Positions 35,705-45,693 of a stretch of DNA of 64,000 nt are shown here, piece by piece. The position numbers were made by a program, and so were the translations under genes. Source of the stretch: an uncultured Clostridia bacterium (GTDB lineage: Bacteria > Bacillota > Limnochordia > Darwinibacteriales > DTU012); assembly GCA_900019385.1 (NCBI GenBank), contig FIZJ01000007.1, positions 2,796 to 66,795 of the forward strand, given 5' to 3'. The notes below the pieces were generated by a model, which had not been told where the DNA came from, did not search any database, and was given only the letters and a program-made list of their open reading frames with translations. Position 1 is the stretch's first letter. Every line of letters begins with the position of its first letter.

Positions 35705-37045
35705 ATGAAAAGGCTGATACCGATTCTGTTGTTTGTTTTGATATTCGCCGCGGCAGCCCACGCCGAGGAAGTCAAACAAGTTATGGATTTGGGCGGCCGA
35801 GTGATCCGCATTCAGACACAGTGGGGTGGAGACACTCCGCTCGGGCCGAGAGGGGCCTACAACTGGTATAACCCTGACGAAATGCTGAAAGCCCACATCG
35901 AGAAAGTGGAGAAGATGTTCAACTGCAAGATCGAGTTCGTGCTCGAAGGCAACCGGGCAGACGCTCTTGAGACACTGCGCCTCAGCGTTCTTGCCGGGGA
36001 TAGGCCGTTTGACTTTTTCCAGCATTCGATTACTCCCGCATTGATCGCGGAAGGGCTGATCCAACCGCTTAACGATTACATCGGGCCCGATTTCTACGAT
36101 GCATATCCTTCCTTGTTCCGCCGCCCTGACCCGAGAATCGGGGCCGCGGTAGGTGACACCATCTACACCTTTGAGTCGTCCAACACTTCACCGGGGACCA
36201 AGTACATCCTTTGGAACAAGAGCATGGTGGAAAGGGCGGGCGTTGAGAGCCTCTACGATATTTACGAACGGGGCGAGTGGACCTGGGAAACTTTTGAGGA
36301 TGTGCTCCACAAGCTGACCAGGGACACTGACGGCGACGGCATCACCAATGTGTGGGGCATCCGCAGCATCAATCTCAAGGATGAGATCATAGTCATGCTG
36401 GTGTCCAACAGCGCCCGGGTGACAAAGACCACTGAGGACGGCAAGATCGTCTTTGACCTGCTTAATCCCCATGTCATCGATACGCTCGAATTCATGCAGC
36501 GCCTGTATCGAGACGGCGTTTGGGCCCGGCGCGGCCAGGCCGAGCTCGATGGCGCGGCGATGACCATCGCCACCGGTACCGATGTCACCAGCAAAGGCTA
36601 TCAAGATCACATGGCGTTGATCGGCGATGAATTCGGCCTGATGCTTCCGCCGCAGGGTCCAAACGGCAAGAATGAGTTCAATATGTATGCGGCAGCTTCC
36701 GGCGCAATACCGGTCTACGTGGAAGATCCGGAAGTGATCATCGAAGTTGTCAGCGCGCTGTGGATGGTCAAGGAACCCTACATCGAAGACATGGCGGCCT
36801 GGGAACAGGCATACTGGGATCGCTACATCTGGGGCCTGCAGGATGAAGAGTCTTACAATTTCCTTGTAAACCCCGACGTCGTGCCGGTGTTCCTGCCGTC
36901 GCCGATTGAGCGGGAAATCCTGTTCCCCAGCAGCACTCCGCCAGTATTTAACAGAATCATCGTCAACGGCGAAAGCGCAACCTCCGTTTTGGCTGCGGAA
37001 CAGCCGGTATTCCAGGCCCAGCTTGATGAAATCCTGAAGCAGTAG
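35705..37045 (+). CDS. Extracellular solute-binding protein of a carbohydrate ABC transporter (CUT1/Lpl-type), copy 1
   Basis: Signal peptide (MKRLIPILLFVLIFAAAAHA). About 446 aa. Paralog of 44299-45639 with roughly 75% aa identity. Confidence 0.72.
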   Translation: MKRLIPILLFVLIFAAAAHAEEVKQVMDLGGRVIRIQTQWGGDTPLGPRGAYNWYNPDEMLKAHIEKVEKMFNCKIEFVLEGNRADALETLRLSVLAGDRPFDFFQHSITPALIAEGLIQPLNDYIGPDFYDAYPSLFRRPDPRIGAAVGDTIYTFESSNTSPGTKYILWNKSMVERAGVESLYDIYERGEWTWETFEDVLHKLTRDTDGDGITNVWGIRSINLKDEIIVMLVSNSARVTKTTEDGKIVFDLLNPHVIDTLEFMQRLYRDGVWARRGQAELDGAAMTIATGTDVTSKGYQDHMALIGDEFGLMLPPQGPNGKNEFNMYAAASGAIPVYVEDPEVIIEVVSALWMVKEPYIEDMAAWEQAYWDRYIWGLQDEESYNFLVNPDVVPVFLPSPIEREILFPSSTPPVFNRIIVNGESATSVLAAEQPVFQAQLDEILKQ

Positions 37046-37065
37046 CGCCTGGCGCCGACGAGTTA

Positions 37066-37105
37066 GACGGGAGAGTCCGCTTTGCCAAAAGCGGACTCCC
37101 TTTTG
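37066..37105 (+). terminator. Rho-independent terminator after substrate-binding protein gene 1
   Basis: Perfect inverted repeat GGGAGAGTCCGCTTTTG/CAAAAGCGGACTCCC followed by TTTTG. The T-tract overlaps the −35 of the next promoter. Confidence 0.65.
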
Positions 37106-37131
37106 ACATTATATATATAATATAGTAAAAT
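37103..37131 (+). promoter_or_regulatory. Sigma-A promoter of the NHL-Yip1 gene, and likely of the downstream ABC genes
   Basis: TTGACA, 17 nt (TTATATATATAATATAG), TAAAAT. TTAAGTAAATTG motif in the 5'UTR at 37164-37175. Confidence 0.5.
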
Positions 37132-37231
37132 GTAAGCAATTTAAGAATGAAACAAACGAACTGTTAAGTAAATTGTTTAGTTGTCTGTTTGGTCAGTGGC
37201 TGTCGACAGGTTTCGCCGAGGAGGACTCTTT

Positions 37232-39397
37232 ATGCAGCGCAGAGGGTGGCTAATTGCAATAGTACTGCCAGCCGTGATCATCATGAGCGCCGTTGTTTGT
37301 TCCAGCGGTGCCAATGCGGCATTGTACCCAAGCTATGTGTACAACTACTGGGGCATGGCGGTACCGATACCAGATCCTTATGTTCCCGTCCGGACGGTCA
37401 GCGGCATGGATCTGGGGGTTGGCGAGTTCAGGAACGCCCAGTATATTTTTACCGCACCCGACAACACTCTGTACATTGTCGATACCGGAAACCACCGGAT
37501 CATCAGAACCACCAGTGATTTTACTCTGATCGAAGTCATCCAGCAATTTGAGCGGGACGGCAAGATCGAGAAGTTCAACAATCCCCAGAGCGTCTTTGTG
37601 ACCAGCGACGGGCGTTTGTTTGTCGCGGACACGCAGAATGAGCGCATTGTCGCCTTCAACCCCGACGGCAGCTTTGCCTACACGATCGACGCGCCGCAGG
37701 TCGACATCCGCGAAATGCTGTCTGAGCACTTCCGGTTCCGGCCCAAGCGGATCGCCATCGATCCGGTGAACCGCCTCTATGTCACTGTGGAAGGGGTTAT
37801 CGACGGGATCATGCACATGTCCCTTGAAGGGGAGTTCCGGGGTTTCATGGGAGCCCCAAGGGTGACAAGGTCTCCTTGGGAATACTTCTGGTACCAAATC
37901 GCCTCCGAGGAACAAAGAGCCAGGATGCGGCTTCTGCTGCCCACGGAATTCAGTGCCATGGCCCTGGATGACATGGGGTTTATATATGCCACCGTCGCCT
38001 CTTCGGAAGTGGAAACCAATCTTTTTATCCGTAAACTCAGCCCAGCCGGCAGCGATGTGCTGAGGCGCAATGGTTTTTTCCCGCCCATGGGCGATCTTAG
38101 TGAAGGGACTAATAGTAGTATTGTCGGATACTCGAAGCTGATTGACATCATCGGCCGCGACTACGGCATGTACAGCGCCTTGGATCAGCTCAGGGGCAGA
38201 GTGTTCACTTATGACTACAACGGAAACCTCCTTTATGTCTTCGGCGGTATCGGCAACGGGATAGGGCTGTTTACCAGCCCCAGCTCTTTGGCGGAGCTTG
38301 ACGGCAGGCTGTTGGTCCTGGACAGCCGAGGCGCCAACTGTATCACTGTGTTTGAACCGACCGCCTATGCCCACACAATTCACAACGCAGTGCGCTATCA
38401 ATATGACGGCCTGTTTGCCGAGGCGACAGAGTACTGGTGGCAGGTTATAGCCATGAATCCAAACTACGAGCCGGCCTATTCTGGTGTGGCCGAAGCCTAC
38501 ATGCAGCAGAAGAACTACAAACAAGCGATGCATTACTACAGGCTCGGCAACAACCGTCCTGGGTATTCCCGAGCATATGCCGCTCTCAGGTTTGAGTTTG
38601 TGAACAAGAATTTCGGAACCATGATGACCACTTTCTTGGCGCTCATATTCTTGATCTACATCGCCAAAGCACAGTCCTGGGGCTCCAAGCTCAGGCGCAG
38701 GTACGTTCAATCAAAAATGGCGCGCTGGTTCGCCAGGCCCGAAGTGCAGCAGAATCCCGTCTATGCGTGGCTGAAGCGGACATGGTACGCTCTGTGCTAT
38801 GCCAGGCATGTGATGTTCCACCCCTTTGACGGGTTCTGGGATTTGAAGCATGAAAACAGGGGCACTGTCACCGCCGCCACCATCCTGCTGGTTTTGACTG
38901 TGTTGTCTTATGTCTTTACGACTCAGTACACGGGGTTTCTCTTCAATATCAGAAGGGTTGAAAGCATCAACATCATGGTAGAAGCCATCAGTATCGGCGT
39001 TCCCTTTTTCCTGTGGTGCGTGGTGAACTGGGCGCTGACTACGCTGATGGACGGGAAGGGCACAATGAAGGACATTTATATCGCGGCGGCCTACAGCCTT
39101 ACCCCCTTCCTGCTGGCGGCAGTGCCTCTGACGATTGTCAGCAACTACATCACCATTGACGAGGGCAAATTGTTCAACCTGGCGTACTCCATCCCTGTGA
39201 TTTGGACCTTTGCACTGCTGTTTTTGGGCACCGGGCTGACCCATGATTACAGCTTCGGCAAAATCATGTTCACCACCGCCGCAACCGTGGTGGGAATCGG
39301 CTTCGCCTGTTTTGTCGGCCTCCTATTTTTCGATGTGCTCGACAGGATGCTTAGGTTTGTCCAGGAAGTGTACCGCGAAATCACGCTGCGGCTGTGA
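37232..39397 (+). CDS. Membrane protein: secreted NHL-repeat beta-propeller + TPR-like region + C-terminal Yip1-type multi-pass membrane domain
   Basis: GAGGAGGA ribosome-binding site. Signal peptide. NHL repeats (…LYIVDTGNHRIIRT…, …LFVADTQNERIVAF…). At least five to six hydrophobic helices in the last ~250 aa. Confidence 0.55.
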   Translation: MQRRGWLIAIVLPAVIIMSAVVCSSGANAALYPSYVYNYWGMAVPIPDPYVPVRTVSGMDLGVGEFRNAQYIFTAPDNTLYIVDTGNHRIIRTTSDFTLIEVIQQFERDGKIEKFNNPQSVFVTSDGRLFVADTQNERIVAFNPDGSFAYTIDAPQVDIREMLSEHFRFRPKRIAIDPVNRLYVTVEGVIDGIMHMSLEGEFRGFMGAPRVTRSPWEYFWYQIASEEQRARMRLLLPTEFSAMALDDMGFIYATVASSEVETNLFIRKLSPAGSDVLRRNGFFPPMGDLSEGTNSSIVGYSKLIDIIGRDYGMYSALDQLRGRVFTYDYNGNLLYVFGGIGNGIGLFTSPSSLAELDGRLLVLDSRGANCITVFEPTAYAHTIHNAVRYQYDGLFAEATEYWWQVIAMNPNYEPAYSGVAEAYMQQKNYKQAMHYYRLGNNRPGYSRAYAALRFEFVNKNFGTMMTTFLALIFLIYIAKAQSWGSKLRRRYVQSKMARWFARPEVQQNPVYAWLKRTWYALCYARHVMFHPFDGFWDLKHENRGTVTAATILLVLTVLSYVFTTQYTGFLFNIRRVESINIMVEAISIGVPFFLWCVVNWALTTLMDGKGTMKDIYIAAAYSLTPFLLAAVPLTIVSNYITIDEGKLFNLAYSIPVIWTFALLFLGTGLTHDYSFGKIMFTTAATVVGIGFACFVGLLFFDVLDRMLRFVQEVYREITLRL

Positions 39398-39444
39398 TAC
39401 TTAGCGTCCGCGTTTCAGAAATTCTATTGCAGGGAGCGATCACC

Positions 39445-42297
39445 GTGTTAGGCCAACCAACCTATAGGAGGATACTGCTGAGTCTTACCTCGATACTGCT
39501 GCTTGCGGCCAGTCTCTCTGTCTGTGCCCAAGAGGGGGATTTCCAGCTTGTGGCCAGCAATGAATACCTTAACCTGTATATTGATCCGGTCACCACAGAA
39601 GTGGCTGTCGAGGACAAAGCCACACACACATTCTGGTACAGCAACCCGCAGGATCGCTTCAGCCAGAGAGGGCTGAACTTGGAGAGGTTGAGCAGCCAGT
39701 TCACAATTACACATCACTTTATCCGTTCAGGCGCGCCTGAGCTGGCGGAGAAGGAGAATTACCGCTTCAGCACTGTCTATGAGCAGTATGATATCCAGGA
39801 GATTGAGAACGGTGTCCGGATTGACTATACTTTGGTGGAACAGTGGCAGCCCCGGCATTACGTCCCTCGGATGATCAGCCAGGAGCGGATGGAGGCCCTT
39901 ATCTTTTCAGAGGATCCCGAGGTCCGGGCCGAACAGGAATCGGTATTATTAAATTATTATCATTTGATCATGCTCGCTCCCCTGGGTGACCGGAAGCCGT
40001 TGGAGATCGCCGGGTTCAACCATGAACGGGTGTTCGGCGAGTACGATCTGGTTGTGCTTAACAAGGATTATCAGGAACGGGAGCGCCAACTGGAGGCAAT
40101 GAAGGCGCAGGCGGCTCAGATGGCGGAAGACGCGCCGGAACGGGCTGACTTGGAGAGCCAGATCACCAAGCTTGAGAGCCAGCTGAACAAAGAAAAAACT
40201 GACATCATCAAACGCCTGGTCGAAAACCTGGTCGAGAGCCGGCAGGATATCGAAAAATCCGATTTTGTCACCTTCCAGGATGTGGCTCAGCTGGTAGGCA
40301 ACCCGACCTATCTTCTGCAGAAGGTGCCGCAGTTTACTCTGAACACCATCTATAATGTCTTGGCCGAGACCGACTATACACCGATCGAGTGCGGTGAAGA
40401 CCATGTGATGAACAACCTCGACCCGCTTCTGCCCAACGTGCAGATTTTCCATATCCCTCTGGAATACGTCCTGGACGGGCCGGAACTTCTGGTCCGGATT
40501 CCGGTCAAAGACGTGAAGTATCCGGTGGATGTGGAGGATGTTGTCGGGGAAAAGCATACATTCCCGCTTCTGACCATCAGAGTGCTTGAGTATTTTGGCG
40601 CCGCCGGAAAAGACAGTGAGGGATATATGCTGGTACCGGACGGCTCCGGCGCCCTGATCAATCTCAACAACGGACGCCTGGCGGGAGCGGCGTTCAACGA
40701 GCCGGTCTATGGGCCCGACGGTGCCCAGGACCAGCCCGCCGAGAAGCGGAGATACCCGGAGCAGACAGTCATGCCGGTATTCGGCATCAAGGACAATGAC
40801 AAGGCGCTGTTCGCCGTGATCGAGGAAGGTGCGTCCTTTGCCCGCGTCAGAGCGGACATTGCCGGCAGGATCAACGACTATAACCGGATTTTCGCCGAGT
40901 TTCAGCTGCTGGCCAACGGCAGAGTCGCTTTGAGTGAGAAGGCCAGCCACATAAGTTTCTCGGGATCGGCCGCTATCTATCAGCAGCGGATGTATGAAGG
41001 GGATATCGTGATCCGGTATTTCTTCTTGACCGGGGATGACGCGGACTACATCGGCATGGCCGATTCCTACCGCCGCTACTTGATGGATAAATACCAGCTG
41101 AAACCGCTTGAACCGGCAGAAGATGTTCCGTTCTTCCTGGAGTTGGTGGGAGGCATTGACACCATCGAACCGATTTTGGGAATCGCCCGGAAGGTGATCC
41201 GCCCCTTGACCACGTTCAACCAGGCGCAGGAGATTTTGCAGACTTTGTCGCAGCAGGGAATCAGCAATATTAAACTAAAGTATCTTGGTTGGCTCAGCGG
41301 CGGCATCCGCCATGATTACCCGGTTAGCGTCCAGGCTGAAAAAGCTTTGGGAGGAGCCAAGGCTTTCCAGGCGCTGGCGGAGTTCGCCAAGGCCAATGGA
41401 CATGAACTGTATCCAAGTGTAGGTTTTCAAAGTGTGTACCTGGGAAGCAAGCAGAACGGGTTCAATTCGAAACAGGATGCGGCCCGCGGGCTTAACAATC
41501 TTGCCGCGAGGCGTTATGAGTATTGGCTGGATACTTTCGACAGGGCCTATCCAGTCAGTTGGGTGCTTTCCCCCAGGATTCTGGGGGAGACGGTGGATCA
41601 GTTCCTGGCCAATTACCGTCAGTATGGAGTGCCTGGCCTGGCCTTGTTGGATCTGGCCCACGAGCTGAATTCCGACTTCAACAACGACGTAAGAAAGCTG
41701 GTTGACCGGGAACAGGCCTTGAACACTATCACGGAACAGCTGAAAAAGATGAAGAGCGTTGGTTACAAGCTGATGGTGGATTACGGCAACAGCTACGCCG
41801 TTCCCTATGCCGACGCCATAGTCAACATGCCGACGCATGGAAGCTCATACTATATTGTCGATGAAGAAATTCCCTTTTATCAAATTGTGCTGCACGGGCT
41901 GGTGCCGTATGCCGGAGAACCGATCAACCTGGCCGCCCATGGGCAAGACTCGTTCCTGAAAATGATCGAGACAGGAGGGTATCCTTATTTCATCGGCAGT
42001 TATCAGGAGTCTTCAATGGTGAAGGACACTGATTTCGCCTATCTATATTCACTGCATTACAACGACTGGCTCGAGCTTGCCGCAGAGATGTACCAAAAGG
42101 CGAATGCCGCCCTGAAGGGCATCCAGAACCTTAAGATCGTTGATCACCGCAAACTTGCGGACAATGTATACCAGACTATGTATGAAAACGGCCGGACGAT
42201 CATCGTCAATTACAATGACGATGCGGTCATGGTAGGAGATTGGCTGGTCGGCGGCAAAGACTTTGTTGTACTGGAGGGCATTGCTGATGCGAATTAG
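39445..42297 (+). CDS. Large secreted protein of unknown function (about 950 aa; coiled-coil segment; DUF5696-like from memory)
   Basis: Probable GTG start with an AGGGAG ribosome-binding site. Signal peptide/lipobox-like sequence (RRILLSLTSILLLAASLSVCAQ). Glu/Lys/Gln-rich coiled coil at about aa 200-270. No recognisable catalytic motifs. Confidence 0.4.
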   Translation: MLGQPTYRRILLSLTSILLLAASLSVCAQEGDFQLVASNEYLNLYIDPVTTEVAVEDKATHTFWYSNPQDRFSQRGLNLERLSSQFTITHHFIRSGAPELAEKENYRFSTVYEQYDIQEIENGVRIDYTLVEQWQPRHYVPRMISQERMEALIFSEDPEVRAEQESVLLNYYHLIMLAPLGDRKPLEIAGFNHERVFGEYDLVVLNKDYQERERQLEAMKAQAAQMAEDAPERADLESQITKLESQLNKEKTDIIKRLVENLVESRQDIEKSDFVTFQDVAQLVGNPTYLLQKVPQFTLNTIYNVLAETDYTPIECGEDHVMNNLDPLLPNVQIFHIPLEYVLDGPELLVRIPVKDVKYPVDVEDVVGEKHTFPLLTIRVLEYFGAAGKDSEGYMLVPDGSGALINLNNGRLAGAAFNEPVYGPDGAQDQPAEKRRYPEQTVMPVFGIKDNDKALFAVIEEGASFARVRADIAGRINDYNRIFAEFQLLANGRVALSEKASHISFSGSAAIYQQRMYEGDIVIRYFFLTGDDADYIGMADSYRRYLMDKYQLKPLEPAEDVPFFLELVGGIDTIEPILGIARKVIRPLTTFNQAQEILQTLSQQGISNIKLKYLGWLSGGIRHDYPVSVQAEKALGGAKAFQALAEFAKANGHELYPSVGFQSVYLGSKQNGFNSKQDAARGLNNLAARRYEYWLDTFDRAYPVSWVLSPRILGETVDQFLANYRQYGVPGLALLDLAHELNSDFNNDVRKLVDREQALNTITEQLKKMKSVGYKLMVDYGNSYAVPYADAIVNMPTHGSSYYIVDEEIPFYQIVLHGLVPYAGEPINLAAHGQDSFLKMIETGGYPYFIGSYQESSMVKDTDFAYLYSLHYNDWLELAAEMYQKANAALKGIQNLKIVDHRKLADNVYQTMYENGRTIIVNYNDDAVMVGDWLVGGKDFVVLEGIADAN

Positions 42298-43195
42298 GTT
42301 TTGGCCGCGCTTTACTCTGAGGCGGAAACGGGCGGTATGGGGGTACCTGTTTGTCAGCCCGTTCATCCTTGGTTTTATTGCCTTCTTCCTGGGGCCGATA
42401 GTCCAATCGATCATTTTTGCCTTTAACGAGCTTACCATCAAGGCGGCAGGTTTTGAGCTCACCTATGTGGGCTGGGAGAACTTCCGCTACGCGCTCCGGG
42501 TTGACCCGGATTTTGTCCGGGTGTTCACCGAGACAACGATCCAGATCCTGGTGGACCTGCCGGCCATCATCCTGTTCAGCTTCTTCGCGGCAAACCTTTT
42601 GAACCAGAAATTCCGCGGCCGGTGGATGGCAAGGGTGGTCTTCTTCCTGCCGGTGATCTTGACCGCGGGCATCGTTTACAGGTTCGAATCGGGGGACATT
42701 CTCACCGATGTCCTGGGTTATGTGCCGGACGAGACGGAAGTATTCTCTGTTTCCCGATCGATGATTGGATTGCTGTCGGTGTTGAGGATGCCGGCTTGGT
42801 TTGTGCAGTACATTCTGACGGCGGTGGAAAGAGTCCCGGACATCATCAAAGCTTCCGCCATACCGATTGTGGTGTTTTTGTCCGCCCTGCAGGGAATCCC
42901 TTCGTCGCTCTACGAGTGCGCCGCCATTGAGGGGGCGACCGGCTGGGAGACATTCTGGAAAATCACATTTCCTCTGGTGTCGCCGCTGTTTTTGACCAAC
43001 ATCATTTATATCATCGTGGATTCATTCACACGCCCCGGCAACACGTTGGTGGAGTTGATCAACGATTCGGCCTGGGGCCGGGGTATTTACGGGGTCAGTG
43101 TGGCGATGACCTGGATGTATTTTGGCGTGATTGCTGTCATCCTCGTACTGGTGTTCTTGCTCTTGGCCAGACGTGTCGTTTATATGGAGGAGTGA
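42287..43195 (+). CDS. Carbohydrate ABC transporter permease (LplB/MalF-like)
   Basis: GGAGGG ribosome-binding site. Six TM helices. About 300 aa. Confidence 0.8.
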   Translation: MRIRFWPRFTLRRKRAVWGYLFVSPFILGFIAFFLGPIVQSIIFAFNELTIKAAGFELTYVGWENFRYALRVDPDFVRVFTETTIQILVDLPAIILFSFFAANLLNQKFRGRWMARVVFFLPVILTAGIVYRFESGDILTDVLGYVPDETEVFSVSRSMIGLLSVLRMPAWFVQYILTAVERVPDIIKASAIPIVVFLSALQGIPSSLYECAAIEGATGWETFWKITFPLVSPLFLTNIIYIIVDSFTRPGNTLVELINDSAWGRGIYGVSVAMTWMYFGVIAVILVLVFLLLARRVVYMEE

Positions 43196-43201
43196 TTAAA
43201 C

Positions 43202-44176
43202 ATGGCCGCTGAACTGAGCCGCGATCTCGAAACAATGCCTAAGGTCCGCCGCAAGAGCAGGTTTTTCACTTCACACTTTTGGGCGGAAACACTGTGGGCC
43301 TTCGTTCGGGCTGTATTGGTCCTGGGAATCTGTTACATTATCGTCTATCCGCTCCTGATAAAGCTGTCATCGTCAATGATGACAGAAAAGGACATGTACG
43401 ACATGCTGGTGAAATGGATCCCCAGGAAACTGAACTATGAAAGCATTGTCCAGAACTACAGGCTGCTGTACGGTTTTATGGACTATCCGAAGGCTTTGTT
43501 CAACTCGCTGGTCTTGGCCACAACTGTCGCCCTGCTGCAGGTGGTTTCCAGCAGTTTGATCGGCTACGGCCTTGCCCGGTTTGACTTTTTCGGCAAGAAT
43601 CTGCTCTTTGCGCTGGTGATCCTCACCCTGTTGATCCCGCCGCAGATGATCATGGTGCCTTTGTTTCTGAATTTCCGGTTTTTCGACTTCTTTGGGATCA
43701 TGCCCAAATCCGTGAACTTGTTGGGGACTTACTGGCCTTTCATCCTGACTTCCATTACCGGCATGGGACTGCGCAACGGGTTCTTTATCTACATCATGCG
43801 CCAGGTGTTCAGGGGCCTGCCGAAAAGCCTGGAAGAGGCGGCTTTGGTGGACGGAGCCGGGCAGTTCAGGACTTTTTTGACTATAATGGTGCCTGGGGCG
43901 GCTTCGGCCATGCTGGTTGTATTCTTGTTTGCCTTCGTTTGGCAGTACAACGACTACCAGTTTACCCGCATGTACCTGTCCAACACCGCGCCGCTGCTGC
44001 CGTTTTCCCTGGAGCGGTTGACGCGGACCTTTGATGTGGAGCAGTATTCCAAAGAGTATATCTCGATTCTCAACAATACCGGTATGATCATGTTCATCAC
44101 ACCGCTGCTGTTGCTTTATGGGTTTCTGCAGAGATACTTCATTGAAAGTATCGAGCGGACTGGTATTGTCGGCTGA
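43202..44176 (+). CDS. Carbohydrate ABC transporter permease (LplC/MalG-like)
   Basis: Six TM helices. About 320 aa. Follows the first permease by 6 nt. Confidence 0.8.
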   Translation: MAAELSRDLETMPKVRRKSRFFTSHFWAETLWAFVRAVLVLGICYIIVYPLLIKLSSSMMTEKDMYDMLVKWIPRKLNYESIVQNYRLLYGFMDYPKALFNSLVLATTVALLQVVSSSLIGYGLARFDFFGKNLLFALVILTLLIPPQMIMVPLFLNFRFFDFFGIMPKSVNLLGTYWPFILTSITGMGLRNGFFIYIMRQVFRGLPKSLEEAALVDGAGQFRTFLTIMVPGAASAMLVVFLFAFVWQYNDYQFTRMYLSNTAPLLPFSLERLTRTFDVEQYSKEYISILNNTGMIMFITPLLLLYGFLQRYFIESIERTGIVG

Positions 44177-44298
44177 CCGAAGGCTGTGACAGGGGAGGTG
44201 ATTGGCGAGCACCACTTCTGCAGTATTGGGTGAGCTTTTAAAGGGCTTGAAAAGTACTGCTGTGCAATAATCAATACTAACAAAGAGGTGACTGATCT

Positions 44299-45639
44299 AT
44301 GAAAAAACTGATTCCGGTTTTGCTGCTGCTAGTGATCGTTTTCGCTGCAAGCGCCAAGGCTGCCGAAACACCCAAGATTGATTTGGGCGGCCGGACGATC
44401 CGCATTCAATGCCAATGGTACAACATCACACCCTTAGGGCCGCGGGGCGCTTACAACTGGTATGAACCCGATGAAATACTGAAAGCGCATATCGAGTCGG
44501 TAGAAAAGATGTTCAACTGCAAGATCGAGTTTGTCCAACAAGGCAATGCCGCAGATGCCCTGGAAACACTGCGGTTGGCTGTTTTGGCCGGAGATCAGCC
44601 GTTTGATTTCTTCGCCATTCAAATCAGCCCGGCCGTGATTGCCGACGGATTGATTCATCCGCTGAACGACTACATAGGCCCGGACTTCTACGATGCTTAT
44701 CCCAAGCTGTTTAGGCGGCCGGATCCCCGTATCGGCGCAAGTGTGGGCGATACAATCTACACCTTTGAATACAACAACCACTCGTCGGAAGCCAGGTATT
44801 TGGTGTGGAACAAGAGCCTGTTTGAAAGGGAAGGTGTGGAAAGCCTCTACGACATCTTTGAGCGGGGCGAATGGACCTGGGCCAAGTTCGAAGAGGTGCT
44901 CCATGCTCTGACCAAGGACAAAGACGGCGACGGTATCACTGATCAGTGGGGCATTAGAAGTGTCAACCTCCGGGATGAGATCATCGTCATGCTGGTGTCC
45001 AACAGCGCAAGGGTGTCGAAGACCACCGAAGATGGGAAGATTGTCTTTGACCTGCTCAACCCCCATGTGATTGAAACTGTGGAATTCATGCAGCGCCTGT
45101 ACAGCGACGGTGTCTGGGCGCGGCGCGGCCAGGCCGAGCTTGGCGATGCGGCCATGACGATCCAGATCGGCACCGAAATCTCCGGCAGGTCGTACCAAGA
45201 GCACTTCCAGACCATCGGCGACGAGTGGGGGCTGATGCTGCCGGCGCAGGGCCCGAACGGCAAGAACGAGTTCAACATGTTTGTCGATGCCAGAGGCGCT
45301 ATTCCGATTTATGTGGAAGATCCTGCCGCAATCATTGAAGTGGTCAGTGCCCTGTGGCAGATCAAGGAACCTTATATCGAGGATATGGAAGCCTGGGAGC
45401 AGACTTATTGGGAACGGTACGCATCGGGCTTGTTTGACTACGAGTCCTTTGAGCTGCTCAGTAATCCGCCGGTGACACCCGTGTTCCTGCCTACCCAGCT
45501 TGAACGCTCAATTCTGTTTGAGAGCAGCAATCCGCAGGCGTTCGTCAGAATCATTGTCAACGGTGAAAGCGCGACCAGCGTCCTCGCCGCTGAGCAGCCG
45601 GTATGGCAGGCGCAGCTGGATGAGATTCTCAAGCAGTAG
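44299..45639 (+). CDS. Extracellular solute-binding protein of the carbohydrate ABC transporter, copy 2
   Basis: Signal peptide (MKKLIPVLLLLVIVFAASAKA). Collinear with copy 1 along its full length. Confidence 0.72.
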   Translation: MKKLIPVLLLLVIVFAASAKAAETPKIDLGGRTIRIQCQWYNITPLGPRGAYNWYEPDEILKAHIESVEKMFNCKIEFVQQGNAADALETLRLAVLAGDQPFDFFAIQISPAVIADGLIHPLNDYIGPDFYDAYPKLFRRPDPRIGASVGDTIYTFEYNNHSSEARYLVWNKSLFEREGVESLYDIFERGEWTWAKFEEVLHALTKDKDGDGITDQWGIRSVNLRDEIIVMLVSNSARVSKTTEDGKIVFDLLNPHVIETVEFMQRLYSDGVWARRGQAELGDAAMTIQIGTEISGRSYQEHFQTIGDEWGLMLPAQGPNGKNEFNMFVDARGAIPIYVEDPAAIIEVVSALWQIKEPYIEDMEAWEQTYWERYASGLFDYESFELLSNPPVTPVFLPTQLERSILFESSNPQAFVRIIVNGESATSVLAAEQPVWQAQLDEILKQ

Positions 45640-45693
45640 CAGTCCTGCGGTTTGAGCAGCAGAACTGCGTTTGCTGAAATCTGAAGCACGGTG

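Noticed and set aside
44177-44298. Possible internal promoter or hairpin (CTTTTAAAGGGCTTGAAAAG; TTGAAA…TAATCA) before substrate-binding protein gene 2.
   Set aside because: The hexamer spacing is non-canonical (15 nt) and the hairpin has a mismatch. Not convincing enough to list as a feature.
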